Below, in pieces: positions 62,972-64,000 of a stretch of DNA of 64,000 nucleotides. Origin of the DNA: Thermoanaerobaculia bacterium (GTDB taxonomy: Bacteria; Acidobacteriota; Thermoanaerobaculia; UBA5066); contig JBBRRY010000003.1 in NCBI GenBank assembly GCA_038245905.1, forward strand, positions 64,001-128,000. Direction: 5' to 3'. Made by a program: the position numbers and the translations under genes. Every line of letters begins with the position of its first letter. The stretch's first letter is position 1. The notes below the pieces were generated by a model, which had not been told where the DNA came from, searched no databases, and saw nothing but the letters and a program-made list of their open reading frames with translations.

Positions 62972-62990
62972 GGCGCGACTCGCGGCCCTG

Positions 62991-63746
62991 TCACGGCGAC
63001 CCGAGAAGCGTGCGGAGGCGCTGGGCGCCCGCGCGGCTGACCGGAAGGCGGGACTCGTCGACGAGGACGGCGGTGGAGGCGCCCGTCGCGGAGCCCTCGA
63101 CGCGTTGAAGGCAATCGAGATTGAGGAGATAGGACCGGTGGATTCTCACGAAGTGCTCCTTGGGGAGCGCGTCTTCCAGGCTCGCGAGCGTCTGCTTCTT
63201 GATGTGATTCCGGCCGCCCGAGGACAGCAGAACGTAGTCGTCCTCGGCCTTCACGTAGTCGATCTTCTCGACGGGCAGCACCGTCACCGTGACGCCGTCC
63301 TTCACGACGACGCGTGAGAGCGGCGCGCCGCGGGGCCCGAGAGGCAGCGCGGACGGCACGCCGCCCGCGGCGAGCCGGGTGCGCGCCCTTTCGAGCGCCC
63401 GGTCGAAACGCGCGCGGTCGAACGGCTTCAAGAGGTAGTCCACGGCGTTCGCGTCGAACGCCTTCAGCGCGTACTGGTCGTAAGCGGTGACGAAGATGAC
63501 GGCCGGGCGGCCCGTGGCGTCGCGGTCGATGAGCTCGAGCACTTCGAGCCCGTCGAGCTCGGGCATCTGGACGTCGAGGAAGAGAAGGTCCGGCTTCGTC
63601 TCGGCGACGGCCCGAACCGCCTCGAACCCGTTCGCGCACTCGGCCAGGACCCGGATGTCCGGGTGGGCGGCGAGAAGCTGGCGCACGAGGGAGCGTGCGA
63701 GCGCCTCGTCGTCCACGAGCACGGCGCCGAGAAGAGGGGCTGGCAT
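62991..63746 (-). CDS. LytTR-family response regulator
   Basis: VDDE, FLDVQMP, FVTAYDQYAL, DYLLKP, FVRIHRSY. Confidence 0.95.
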   Translation of the reverse strand: MPAPLLGAVLVDDEALARSLVRQLLAAHPDIRVLAECANGFEAVRAVAETKPDLLFLDVQMPELDGLEVLELIDRDATGRPAVIFVTAYDQYALKAFDANAVDYLLKPFDRARFDRALERARTRLAAGGVPSALPLGPRGAPLSRVVVKDGVTVTVLPVEKIDYVKAEDDYVLLSSGGRNHIKKQTLASLEDALPKEHFVRIHRSYLLNLDCLQRVEGSATGASTAVLVDESRLPVSRAGAQRLRTLLGSP

Positions 63747-63780
63747 GAACCGATGGTAGCGCCGTGCCCGCGAGGTGGCG

Positions 63781-64000
63781 TCAGGGTCCCGCGGGCAGCT
63801 CGATCTCGACTCGGAAGCGGCCGTTGGAAAGGCCGGCGCCGACGTGCCCGGCGTCGCCCCAGTGCGCGGCCACGCGGCGTCTCACGTTTGCGAGCCCGAC
63901 CCCCGCGCCGGCGGGCTTTTCCGATCCGGCGTCGGCGGGATTCTCGACGACGATCGATACGCGGTCTCCCCGGCGTTTCGTCACGAGTGAGAGGGTCCCG
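63781..64000 (-). CDS. C-terminus of LytS-type histidine kinase (truncated by window edge)
   Basis: VVENP, GAGVGLANVRRR, FRVEIELP HATPase end, directly upstream of LytTR gene. Confidence 0.75.
   Translation of the reverse strand, partial: GTLSLVTKRRGDRVSIVVENPADAGSEKPAGAGVGLANVRRRVAAHWGDAGHVGAGLSNGRFRVEIELPAGP

Overview
High-GC (roughly 68-70% by eye), gene-dense chromosomal segment of a diderm bacterium. Oar-type TonB-dependent receptors, bshA, a fused E1 alpha/beta dehydrogenase and the codon style suggest Acidobacteriota, perhaps Thermoanaerobaculia (inference only). Housekeeping genes: bshA (5' truncated), add, tRNA-Leu(GAG)-secG-tpiA-pgk, mtnA-tsaD-lepA-lepB, hslR, pyrKDF, dinB. No mobile element, CRISPR array or rRNA was seen. 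Main observations: (1) an ArsC/Spx-like selenoprotein missed by the ORF track (30332..30667; in-frame UGA giving U-x-x-C, followed by a SECIS-like hairpin); (2) a LytS-type kinase / orphan JAB(JAMM) metalloprotease / LytTR regulator triplet between two TonB-dependent receptors, with 21-bp-period direct repeats before the second receptor; (3) a large polyprenol-phosphate-sugar glycosylation machinery: six GT-C-like membrane proteins (including a TIGR03662/TIGR03663-like pair, a ~1600 aa GT39+DUF2298+NHL fusion and PA14-like fusions), two GT2 enzymes and sugar-modifying enzymes; (4) a PAP2 / ArsA(Get3d-like) / small IxV-tailed partner cluster; (5) a Rieske protein plus a cytochrome b fused to two c-type heme motifs; (6) many TAnnnT boxes 6-9 nt before start codons, suggesting leaderless mRNAs. 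All family names come from motif recognition, not database searches.
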